Assembly: GCF_023055435.1 (NCBI RefSeq) | Contig: NW_025964383.1 | Span: 48,670,001 to 48,734,000 of the forward strand | Length of the DNA: 64,000 nt | Direction: 5' to 3' | DNA from: Haliotis rufescens | Taxonomy: Eukaryota | Shown here: piece by piece, positions 50,268 to 61,624 of the stretch | Layout: every line of letters starts with the position of its first letter | Numbering within the stretch: position 1 is the first letter of the stretch | Made by a program: the position numbers and the translations under genes | Notes under the pieces: generated by a model | Told to the model about the DNA's origin: nothing | Databases searched by the model: none | What the model saw: the letters and a program-made list of their open reading frames with translations, nothing else

Positions 50268-52679
50268 TTAAAACAACGACAGTATACGTTCATGTTTCTT
50301 TGTTTGTGCGATGTCTGCTGCTGTAGCACCACTCTTGTTGACATCCTTGATGTCTATTCCAGGCAGTGGGAGGATGTACTGCACCATCTGCACATTGCAT
50401 TCTTCATCTCCTCCAGCACAGGCGACGTGAAGGATGTTGTTGTCGTCATCATCAACCACAGACGAATCACAACCCTTCTGTAGAAGGAAATCTAATACGT
50501 CTATATGTCCACCCTCTGATGCTATCATCGCTGCAGTCTTCCCGTACCTGCCCCTGCTGTTGATGTCAATAGATGTACCCATCAGGACCCTCTCCACAAT
50601 GTCCTCATTTCCTCCACTAGATGCTAGATGCAGGATGTTGTTATTGTAAACATCCACAAGTGTCAAAATGGCCCCTTCTTTCACAAGTAAGTCAAATAAA
50701 GGTTTACATCCGCGGTTTGCTGCCACCATCACCGGCGTCCTTCCGTCTCGCCCTGCACTGTTGATGTCGAAAAAGTGTTTTAAGAGTAGATAGTTTGCAA
50801 TGCTCATATTATCGCGAATGCAGGCCAGTTGGAGCATATTGTCACCATGGTTGTCTACATGTAGGAGATTTGCATGTTCCCTAATGAGAAGTTCCAGAAC
50901 GTCTCTGTTGCCCTGACGTGCTGCCAACATCGCTGGCGTCTGCCCCCGGCAGTCTTTCGTGTCAATGTCAACAAGTTCTAGTGTCAGGAGTTCAGTCACC
51001 ATGATCACATTGTTTCCTAAGCAGGCCAAGTGAAGGATGTTCATTCCATCAGCATCTACTTCTGAAACATCACCCCCTTTACAAACTGTGAAATAGAAGA
51101 CGTCAATGTTGCCAAATTCTGCTGCAAACATCATGGGCGTCCGTCCATGTTTACCCTTACAGTTGATATCAAAATACCCTTTAGAGACAATATACTTCAC
51201 CATCTCTGCGTGTCCTCCCATGCATGCCACATGGAGGATATTATCATTATCCTCATCAACGACAAACACATCACATTGTTTTGTCAAAAGGAGATCAAAC
51301 ACTTTCATATTGCCTTTCTCAACTGCCATCATCAATGCAGTTCGCCCTTTGTATTTTCCCCTTTTGTTGATGTCAAAGGTGAACCGGGAGAGTACATATT
51401 CTACCATATCCACATGACCCCCACGACAGGCAGCATGGAACACCGTATCTTCTTCCTCATTATCAAGTGACAAATCACATCCTTCACCCAAAAGAAAATC
51501 GAAAACATCCTTACGGCCACTCTCTGCCGCAAGGATCAACATCCTCCCATCATTCAGGCCATCCGTGAAATCCAGTGAGGCGATATGCATTATCATTGGT
51601 AAATCCCCTCCAAGACAAGCAACATAAATGAGCTTGTTCCCCAAGCTGTCTCTGATGGTGATGTCCCCTCCTTTACGCCTCACTATCTCAAAGGCTTCCT
51701 TGTGTCCTGTTTCTGCTGCCGCCATCAGGGGTGTCCTCCCCTTCGTGTCTGTGCCGTGGATCTGTTGCTGCTGTCGCCCTGGTAAGTTCCTGTCACAGAT
51801 GTGCTGCACCATGCTCCTGTAGCCTCCCCTGCACGCCACATGGAGGATGTTGTTGCCCTCGGTGTCTTTCATCGACCTGTCTCCTCCTTCTTTTAAGAGT
51901 AGGTTGTACACGTCTTTGTGTCCACACTCCGCTGCTACCATCAATGGTGTTCTTCCATCTTGCCTCCTACTGTTGATTCCCACAAGGCGCTTTGAGAGGA
52001 TGTACTTCACAATGTGCACCTTCCCTCCAGCACAAGCCACGTGAAGGATGTTCAATCCCTTGTCATCTAACAGCGACGTGCTGCCTCCTTTCTCTATGAT
52101 CAAATCGAAAATTCGTCGAGAACCAGCCCATGCTGCCTTCATTATTGGGGTTCTGCCTAACTTCCCTCTACAGTTGATGTTAAATATTTTACGTGAAAGC
52201 AGATGTTCAACAATGAACAAATGGCCTTTAAGACAAGCCAAGTGCAGAAGGTTATCACCATCATCCCCAACATGTCTCACATCGCAGTTGATGTTGTTTA
52301 TAAGTTCCAGATACACATGTCGACACCCATGTCGAGCGGCCACCATCACCGGCGTCCATCCGTGTTTGCCTCTCACGTTGATGTCAATCCTTCCATCTGA
52401 GAGAATCAACTTCACTATTTTCAGACGATTTCTGGAGCAGGCAACATGCAAAATGGTGTCACCATCTTCATCCAAGAGTGACATGTCAGCTTGCTTCCTG
52501 TGGAGTAGTTTAAACACCCCAACATGCTCCCCATGTGCAGCTGCCATCACCGGTGTCCAGCCGTGTGCCCCCCTGGTGTTGATGTCCACTCGATCTTCCT
52601 GTAGGATGCGAGTAACTGCATCCAACCTCCCCGAGCAGCAGGCCTGGTACAGATCCGTGTTGATGTTGGTGGACGACAT
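50268..52679 (-). CDS. Ankyrin-repeat protein A, ~803 aa, ~23 repeats, single coding exon
   Basis: Uninterrupted ORF of alternating GRTPxMxAA / GDNILHVAC repeats. Acceptor tatcttgcag|G immediately precedes ATG 52679. Candidate 5'UTR exon donor CAG|GTAAG at 53263. Confidence 0.92.
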   Translation of the reverse strand: MSSTNINTDLYQACCSGRLDAVTRILQEDRVDINTRGAHGWTPVMAAAHGEHVGVFKLLHRKQADMSLLDEDGDTILHVACSRNRLKIVKLILSDGRIDINVRGKHGWTPVMVAARHGCRHVYLELINNINCDVRHVGDDGDNLLHLACLKGHLFIVEHLLSRKIFNINCRGKLGRTPIMKAAWAGSRRIFDLIIEKGGSTSLLDDKGLNILHVACAGGKVHIVKYILSKRLVGINSRRQDGRTPLMVAAECGHKDVYNLLLKEGGDRSMKDTEGNNILHVACRGGYRSMVQHICDRNLPGRQQQQIHGTDTKGRTPLMAAAETGHKEAFEIVRRKGGDITIRDSLGNKLIYVACLGGDLPMIMHIASLDFTDGLNDGRMLILAAESGRKDVFDFLLGEGCDLSLDNEEEDTVFHAACRGGHVDMVEYVLSRFTFDINKRGKYKGRTALMMAVEKGNMKVFDLLLTKQCDVFVVDEDNDNILHVACMGGHAEMVKYIVSKGYFDINCKGKHGRTPMMFAAEFGNIDVFYFTVCKGGDVSEVDADGMNILHLACLGNNVIMVTELLTLELVDIDTKDCRGQTPAMLAARQGNRDVLELLIREHANLLHVDNHGDNMLQLACIRDNMSIANYLLLKHFFDINSAGRDGRTPVMVAANRGCKPLFDLLVKEGAILTLVDVYNNNILHLASSGGNEDIVERVLMGTSIDINSRGRYGKTAAMIASEGGHIDVLDFLLQKGCDSSVVDDDDNNILHVACAGGDEECNVQMVQYILPLPGIDIKDVNKSGATAADIAQTKKHERILSLF

Positions 52680-53056
52680 CCTGCAAGATACATAGTAAGT
52701 GATTAGTCTACGACTGCACACATTTAATAAAGTATAACACTCTGGGGCATAGCTAAGTGATTAAAGACAGGTTCCATTCCTCACATATGTACATTTGAAA
52801 TCCTTTTATTGGTTTCAATGCTTTGATATGGATGAAATATTGCTAACATTAGCAGCAGAAAAACGCCCTCAAAATCTAAATAGTTGTACATTTAGTTATG
52901 TAATTGTTATGTCACAAGTGTTATGTCACAATTGTTATGTATGTAGACATTATTTTGTTGGGGAACAACCATGATGATGTGTCATGATGACCCCCAAAGA
53001 TCCTGCACTTATTATCGTGCATTGTCTTGTATAAGTATGTGTCTTTCTCTATAAAG

Positions 53057-53216
53057 TGGGGTAGTCTAGTGGTTAGAGCGTTCGCTCGTCACGCCGAAAA
53101 CCCGGGTTCGATTCCTCACATGGGTACATTGTGTGAAGCTCATTTCTGGTGTCCCCCGCAGTGATATTGCTGGAATTTTGTTAAAAGCGGCGTAAAACCA
53201 TACTCACTCATACTCA
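53057..53216 (+). mobile_element. tRNA-derived SINE family A, in the 5'UTR intron of ankyrin gene A
   Basis: A box tagtctagtgg, B box ggttcgattcc, (actc)n tail, near-TSD tctctat(a/g)aag. Confidence 0.9.
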
Positions 53217-54860
53217 CTCTCTATGAAGACATTTACCTTAATTAATCACAGAGAATACTTACCTGTCTGTTTCACCCGCTATTCATTATCAGGCGGCGTT
53301 GACGGCATGTTCAGTAGCGACCGCGGAGCGTGTGATCGTACAAACACAGAGAATATCTTTGTAATATACTTATACTTATAACTTGCGATTGTTAGGCCGG
53401 CTATAAATGCACGTGGTCGACCGGCAATGAATCGTTTTGTGCCGTCAGCAAGTCGCTATGCACTGTGCCGTACTGCAGACAGTCCTACATTCTTTAAGTG
53501 CCTGTATTGTGTTGTAGTGTGCAATCATATTCAGCCATACCGGTATGTGCGTGGAACCACGATGTAGATACGCATAAATAAACGTGCATGTACTGATCGT
53601 TCAAGTTTTGTCAAGAATAGTTGCAATTGTTGTAGATCTGATGCCAGACACTCAAATACATTCAATGGTATTTACGACTTGAATGTAATGCATTGTATGT
53701 ATGGCGGGTCAAATCCACCTGGGCATGTAGTGTATCTGGTCAATGGTTGTCCACGAGTGGCCTGATTCTAAATTACTCATTCGTGTGTCTGACACATGTA
53801 GCATATAGAGAGTTTCGTTGAGTTTCGTTGATATATTTCATATCAAAAGACACGAGAGTGAGATTTTATTTATCATCCAACATCATTCTTCCAACTTGTT
53901 CAGTTTGTATACAGTAATAAACGGTGTCTTAAGTGTAAAAAGTACTGATAGCAGCTTCAGTAGCAGAGACATTAGTGATGTCATTTGATTGTGACGTCAT
54001 GTAACAATGACGTCACAATGCCTGCAAAACATTGTAATGCAATTTCATTGCAGCAATATCTACAATGTAGTTATCGCTTGATCTCACCCAAGGATATCTC
54101 TCGTAGGAGCCAGTTCTTGATGATAAAATTAATTCCGTCACAAAAAATTAAATGTAGAATAAAATCACAAATAAATCAAAGTGACATCGTCACCAAATCA
54201 TATGTCTCGTGTTTTTTGCCATTGCCAAATTAGTTTACATTTGCTGCTAATGGTATATTTACATATTATCTCATTCTCATCACGTTTCTCGAAGTTTATG
54301 AATTCAGGTATGTTATTTCCTACATGAACTTTATACTGAATGGACTGATAGAATCACTGGTGCAATGTGCGCTATGTACACCTTCATGGCGGCATGCGTG
54401 CTTTGTTCAAGAACGTGAGATCTGAGCGCCGTGCTGCTCTCTGTCACATCGTGGATACGTGAGACAACCATCGCGTTTTACAACATTTCTGTTTTATTAA
54501 AGACATTGGTGACATTTTATAGGGACGTATACTAGTTTACGTACAAGTGTCGAACACGACCATGTGTTTACCGCGTGATTATATTATAGGTAGTATTTAT
54601 AGGTGTATTAAATATTGCAAGGATTGCCCACGTGTAACGGAAAGATAGTTGCATAGATGTCACGACGGTTCTCAGAAGAACAGAATGTTGGTCGGCTCCA
54701 GGTATGTGCGTCATTGAGCGCAAGGGTGGCAAAGCAGATATTAATATTACAGATGACAAATCTCTTACAAACGCACACACAATGTTACAATCGGTCCGTC
54801 CCACGTGAAACCTGTCACGTAGCATAGCCATACAGCAAGTGTGTTCTGTCCACTTCACGA

Positions 54861-55437
54861 CTTGTCTGACGTTACGTCTTGTCTGACGTTACGTCTTGTC
54901 AGACGTTACGCCTTGTCTGACGTTACGTCTTGTCTTGTCTGACGTTACGCCTTGTCTGACGTTAGTTCTTGTCTGACGTTAGGTCTTGTCAGACGTTACG
55001 CCTTGTCTGACGTTAGGTCTTGTCAGACGTTACGCCTTGTCTGACGTTACGTCTTGTCTTGTCTGACGTTACGCCTTGTCTGACGTTAGTTCTTGTCTGA
55101 CGTTAGGTCTTGTCTGACGTTATGCCTTGTCTGACGTTACGTCTTGTCTGACGTTATGCCTTGTCTGACGTTACGCCTTGACTAACGTTACGTCTTGTCA
55201 GACGTTACGTCTTGTCTGATGTTATGCCTTGTTTGACGTTACGTCTTGTCTGACGTTATGCCTTGTCTGATGTTATGCCTTGTCTGACGTTATGTCTTGT
55301 CTGATGTTATGCCTTGTCTGACGTTACTTCTTGTCTGACGTTATGCCTTGTCTGACGTTACGTATTGTCTGACGTTACGCCTTGTCTGATGTTACTTCTT
55401 GTCTGACGTTATGCCTTGTCTGACGTTACGTCTTGTC
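54861..55437. repeat. 17-bp minisatellite (gtctgacgttacgtctt), ~33 units
   Basis: Tandem units visible directly. Confidence 0.95.
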
Positions 55438-56801
55438 TATTGTTTTTTCTCTCAATAGATTTGCTGAATAACTGATTGGGTATGTTTATTCAATTGGATA
55501 AATAAACATGGAAAGTATGGCACAACATTATATGTGCATGCGTCTGTTAGATAGTGACCACATCAACTTAACGTGTTGTTAAAGGCGAATGGATCTGGTT
55601 GTCAGACTCGGTGCCTTACTTGATTTAGTTTCATCATACCGCAACGGTCTGAATCGTTGATTAGAATACCAATGGCTTGTTTGTGTGGTCCAGATCCAAG
55701 TATTCACAGACCTCCCGTCATAGCTGGATTTTGGCTGAATGTTGTGCTAGCCTGTTATAGCGTCTAATATAACCAACGGATGAAAATGTACCCAATGTCG
55801 ACATAACTTTTAAAGCTATGCATAGAGTGGTGGCTAGTATCTGAAAATATGTCCGGTATGTAGGTGATATATAATATTTAGTGAATATGCTGCTACAAAC
55901 CTGTTTTAGGATTACCATTTATACAATGATTACAGCTATGTTATATGATATATCGACAAGAGGGTCTATGGTTGAATCGGAATGTATTAAATAACCATTA
56001 ATGGTTGGCTTGCCCGCTGAAGGTGTTATGCAAAGGAGAAATATGGTGATATTGTGCCCGCGTGAAGATATGCGTGGGCGATTCACAACTGTGAGCGTAT
56101 TTATGAATGGATCCATTATCTGATAGAATTCACTCGATGATACAGTTGGTTATGGCATTGTTCATTTCGTTTATGTAGTACCTCAAAGTCCCTATCACGC
56201 ACATTGGACTGTTTGAAAAAGGTGGTAGCAAACCGTGGGCTGGTGAATGCATCCACTTCTTTTCATTTCACATTTGATGGCACATTGCCATCCAAGCTTG
56301 CAAACCCGACAGTTAGCATACATGCACATGCACGTCTTGACATCTCAAGGCATGCATGCAGTCTATGGCGCTGCAATGCACTAAACAGAATAAAGTCGCT
56401 TGACCTTTGATTCTCTGCTTTTGTATTTACATAACAGATGCTCCCCCGTTTATGACTCTTGGTCTGTCAGTTCTATGCCTTTGATACAAATACACGGGTT
56501 ATACTCACACTCTCAACAAAAGCTTTATTGTTACTTTCTGTAATACCTTCCTCAAGGTGGGCGACAGAGACAAACACACCGATGTGATTAGTTGGCTATA
56601 GTTTACAGATTGCATGATAGTGTTTACAATACAAGCGTACAATCATAGAATCACACAAAAAAGGATGAAAATGGTAAATTATATCATAAATATATGGACA
56701 CAAAATATGTTGTGTTTCTCGTCAAAGGACCCCGCTAGTTTCTCCATTCAGTTGATGTTTGACCACAATCGTGACAAAGTGGTCAGCAGTACTGGCCATC
56801 A

Positions 56802-59800
56802 TCAACTTGGCATGTTGTCCGAGAGCCCCTGGTGGCCGTGTTCCCTGGCTACCATTGCTGCTGTGGACCCGAAATGGTTCCTGGCAGTCACGTCAACAAG
56901 GTCCAGCTGGATTATGTGTTTCACCATCTTCTCATCTCCCCCACTGCACGCCACGTGGAGGATGTTGTCCCCGTTTACATTCAACACAGACACGTCACAT
57001 TCTTCACTGACAAGGAAGTCAAACACCTGAATGTGTCCACTCTTTGCTGCCAACATCAGCGGTGTCATCCCAACATGTTCTACACCGTTTATGTCGACCA
57101 TGTCGCGCAGAACCACATACTCCACCATCTCCAGGTGCCCCCCGCTGCAGGCAACGTGTAACAGGTTATCACCATTGTGATTCACCAGAGACACATCTGC
57201 TCCTCTTCTTACAAGCAGGTCTACCACACCTAAATGGCCCATTCGTGATGCAATCATCACTGCTGTCCTTCCGTACTGATTTGTGATGTTGAGATTTACA
57301 TGATATTTATAAAGAATGTGCTTCACCATGTCCAAGTGACCCCCATAGCAAGCCACGTGGAGGATGTTGTCCCCGTGGTTATTTACAAGTGACACATCTG
57401 CACCTCTGCTTACCAGGAGATCAAACACGCCCTTATGTCCCCAGCGTGCTGCGATCATGACGGGTGTTCTCCCGTACTCGCCTCTGCTGTTAATGTCCAC
57501 AACATGCTCTGAGAGGACATACTTGACTATGTCTGTGTTGCCCCCGATGCAGACAACGTGGAGGATGTTGTTGTTGTAGTCATCCACCAGAGACACGTCT
57601 CCACCTCTACTGATGAGCAAGTCCATCACGTCTCGGTGTCCCCCCTCAGCTGCTGACATGAGCGGCGTTCCTCCGTACTGCCCCCCGCTGTTGATGTCCA
57701 CAATGTCCAGTGAGACGATACATTCCACCATCTGCACATGTCCTCCAATACAGGCCACGTGGAGGATGCTGTCTCCATTGTCATCAACACACAACATGTC
57801 ACTGCCTTTACACACAAGGAAGTAAAACACATCCCGATGTCCAGACTCCGCTGCAAGCATCGCCGCCGTCCTCCCGTACTTCCCTCCACTGTTGATGTCA
57901 ACGATGTTTAGCGAGAGGACATACTTCACCATCTCTACATCTTCCCCTAAGGAGGCGACGTGGAGAATGTTGTTACCGTCATCATCCACCAGGGATGGGT
58001 CACCACCTTTACTTACGAGGACATCAAACACGTTTCTATTTCCCCTTAAAGCTGCAAACATCAGGGGTGTCTGTCCAGTCTTCCCTCTACTGTTCATGTC
58101 ACAAAGGTCCAATCTTAGGACATATAGAACCATCTCTATGTGTCCGCCAAGACAGGCTATATGGAGGAGGTTGTTATTGTCCACATCCGATACGGATAAA
58201 TCACATCCCTGCGCCCTAAGTAGATCAATTACTTTTGTATGACCCCTTTCTGCTGCAAACATCAGAGGAGTTCGATCATTGCTTCCTATACTTGTGACTC
58301 CAGCAATGTTTTCTGACATGACACGCTGTACAATCTTCACACTACCCCCACTACATGCCAGGTGTAGTATGTTGTTGTTGTGACCATCCTTTAATGACAG
58401 GTCAGCTCCTTTACCGACAAGCAAATCAAACACTCCTCCATGTCCCCCCTCAGCTGCTAACATCACTGGCGTCTGTCCGTTTCTTGTCTTACTGTTGATG
58501 CGAGCGATGCGTTTAGAGAGACAATGCAGCACCATGCTGCTACTTCCTCCCCGACACGCCACATGGAGCAAGTTTTCACCGTTAGAATCCACGAGTGACA
58601 CATCACCACCTTTATCAACAAGTACATTTAACACGCCCCTGTGTCCAAACATCGCTGCAATCATCACAGGCGTCCTCCCGCTCTTACCCCGGCAGTTGAC
58701 GCCGACGATGTGCTTGGACAGGATGTGCTTCACCATAGGCACATTATCTCTGTTACATGCTAAGTGTAAGATGGTGTCTCCGTGCTCGCTCACTACGGAC
58801 AGGTCAGCTCCTACCCTTTCAAGAAGGTCAAACACGGTCACATGACCTCCCCATGCTGCTTTCATAACTGGGGTTCTCCCGAACTTTCCTCGACTGTTTA
58901 TGTCAATAAAATCTTGTTCCAGGATATATTTCACTATCTCTATATTACCTCCCAAACATGCAAAATGCAGAATGTTGTCATCATCATCGCTCACTTGAGT
59001 TACATCGCTGCCGTTACTAACAAGGAAGTCAAACACCTTCTTGTGGCCATACCATGCTGCTAGCATCACCGGCGTCCTGCCGTCCTTTCCTTCAGCGTTG
59101 ACATCCGCTTGGCCACCAGACAGCAAGTGCTGCACTTGCTGCAACTTGCCCGTTCTACAGGCGACGTGGAGAACACTGTCAGAACTGGATGTACGTTTAG
59201 GAGCCACTGGAGGGACACAGGCGACATGGTGGTCACTGTCAGAACTGGATGTACGTTGAGGAGGAACTGGAGGGACACAGGCGCCGTGGAGGTCACTGTC
59301 AGAACTGGCTGTACGTTGAGGAGGAACTGGAGGGACACAGGCGCCGTGGAGGTCACTGTCAGAACTGGCTGTACGTTGAGGAAGAACTGGTGGGATAAAG
59401 GCGACGTGGTGGTCACTGTCAGAACTGGCTGTACGTTGAGGAGGAACTGGAGGGACACAGGCGCCGTGGAGGTCACTGTCAGAACTGGATGTACGTTGAG
59501 GAGGAACTAGTGGAACACAGGCGCCGTGGTGGTCACTGTCAGAACTGGATGTACGTTGAGGACGAACTGGTTGAACACAGGCGCCGTGGTGGTCACTGTC
59601 AGAACTGGATGTACGTTGAGGAGGAACTGGAAGGACACAGGCGCCGTGGAAGTCACTGTCAGAACTGGATGTACGTTGAGGACGAACTGGTTGAACACAG
59701 GCGACGTGGTGGTCACTGTCAGAACTGGATGTACGTTGAGGAGGAACTGGAGGGACACAGGCGCCGTGGAGGTCACTGTCAGAACTGGCTGTACGTTGAG

Positions 59801-61272
59801 GAGGAACTAGTGGAACACAGGCGCCGTGGTGGTCACTGTCAGAACTGGATGTACGTTGAGGACGAACTAGTGGAACACAGGCGCCGTGGTGGTCACTGTC
59901 AGAACTGGATGTACGTTGAGGACGAACTAGTTGAACACAGGCGCCGTGGTGGTCACTGTCAGAACTGGCTGTACGTTGAGGAGGAACTGGGGGGACACAG
60001 ACGCCGTGGTGGTCACTGTCAGAACTGGATGTACGTTGAGGAGGAACTGGGGGGACACAGGCGCCGTGGTGGTCACTGTCAGAACTGGATGTACGTTGAA
60101 GAGGTACTGGTGGAACACGGGCGACGTGGAGGTCACTGTCAGAACTGGATGTACGTTGAAGAGGGACTGGTGGAACACGGGCGACGTGGAAGTCACTGTC
60201 AGAACTGGATGTACGTTGAGGAGGACCTAGAGGGACACAGGCGCCGTGGAGGTCACTGTCAGAACTGGCTGTACGTTGAGGAGGACCTAGAGGGACACAG
60301 GCGCCGTGGTGGTCACTGTCAGAACTGGATGTACGTTGAGGAGGAACTGGAAGGACACAGGCGCCGTGAAGGTCACTGTCAGAACTGGATGTACGTTGAG
60401 GAGGAACTGGGGGGACACAGGCGCCGTGGTGGTCACTGTCAGAACTGGATGTACGTTGAAGAGGGACTGGTGGAACACGGGCGACGTGGAGGTCACTGTC
60501 AGAACTGGATGTACGTTGAGGAGGACCTAGAGGGACACAGGCGACGTGGAGGTCACTGTCAGAACTGGATGTACGTTGAGGAGGACCTAGAGGGACACAG
60601 GCGCCGTGGTGGTCACTGTCAGAACTGGATGTACGTTGAGGAGGACCTAGAGGGACACAGGCGCCGTGAAGGTCACTGTCAGAACCTTCCGAACATGGGG
60701 TAGGAGAGGGGACGCTGTCCTTTGTTTCTGGAACATTAAATACAGCTAGAGAAGTCGTATTGTTTGGCTTTAAATCAACACTGTTGTTCACCAGATTGTT
60801 CAATACAACCACTTCCAAGTTTCGTTTTGATATCGTTATGTTAATATTTCGGATACAGTGGCATTAAAACCTTTCCAAATCATTAATATATTGTTCATTC
60901 ACGTACACACACAACCCGTGAAGACCCGGGTTAGAACAGGTCTCCAGCAACACATGCTTGTCCTAAGAGCCGACTAACGGGATCGGGTGGACAGGCTCGC
61001 TGACTTGATTGATGCATGTCATCGTATCTGAGTCGATGTTCATGATGTCAATCACAGGACCTTCTGGTTTAGCCTCGATTATTTACGGACCGTCGCCATA
61101 TAGCTGGAATATGGCAGATTTCGCGGTTTAACAACAAACAAATACATAAACAATGCATTTTAAAATCACACGAAGCCGAGGGATGGTGGAATAGCCTCAG
61201 CACTGATACAGGATGATGTAACTGGACAAGAGAAACACTCTTCAACTCATCTAACGCATCTAACGTACACGT

Positions 61273-61320
<48 letters not shown>

Positions 61321-61458
61321 CCTGGTTATCGAATTACAAATACCACCATCAACGATCGCATATGAATCGGTACTTCCTGCTCTTTAAGAAAAAGACAATT
61401 GTCATGGAAGCTGGAGATAGGTAATAGCCATACCTTCAAATCTGTCGGGGTGATCCAT
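56802..61458 (-). CDS. Ankyrin-repeat protein B, ~1316 aa; exons 61458-61434 (MDHPDRFE) and 60727-56802; ~25 x 20-aa repeats followed by ~23 ankyrin repeats
   Basis: The 4-kb ORF has no in-frame ATG upstream of the ankyrin repeats. The phase-1 acceptor tttaatgttccag|AA at 60727 fits the phase-1 donor GAAG|GTATGG at 61434. Exons total 3951 nt. Confidence 0.85.
59157..60685 (-). repeat. Coding 60-bp minisatellite (SSSDSDHHGACVPPVPPQRT), ~25 units
   Basis: Exact 60-bp periodicity with no indels or stops on the coding strand. Confidence 0.97.
60915..61145 (+). mobile_element. SINE-like repeat family B, near full length, in the ankyrin B intron
   Basis: cccgtgaagacccgggttagaacaggtc...ctggaatatggc...aacaacaaacaa. 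Confidence 0.85.
61274..61320. repeat. Poly-C run plus (CA)n
   Basis: About 33 C followed by CA repeats. Confidence 0.9.
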
Positions 61459-61624
61459 CACGAGGCCGCATCTGCATCACACAAAGCCTTGCGTGATGTC
61501 TGCAACCAGCCAGACGAAAGCTGTTACCTAGTTATGCATATAACACCGAATAAAACAACAACATAACGCATCAACAGAATAGATAATCTATGGCAGTAAC
61601 GTTTCACTGGGAATATAGTTGTAT

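Noticed and set aside
53057-53125. Functional tRNA gene
   Set aside because: The A/B boxes continue into a SINE body and tail with TSDs; the same applies to 45230-45339 and 40974-41040.
50366-58845. Numerous plus-strand ORFs over the ankyrin genes
   Set aside because: Antisense shadows of the ankyrin coding exons.
59157-60685. CRISPR-like constant/variable periodicity
   Set aside because: The variable parts are point variants of one sequence rather than unique spacers; the context is eukaryotic and there are no cas genes.
59489-60703. 404-aa plus-strand ORF (MYVEEELVEHRRRGGHCQNW repeats)
   Set aside because: Antisense shadow of the 60-bp coding repeat, confined to the array.
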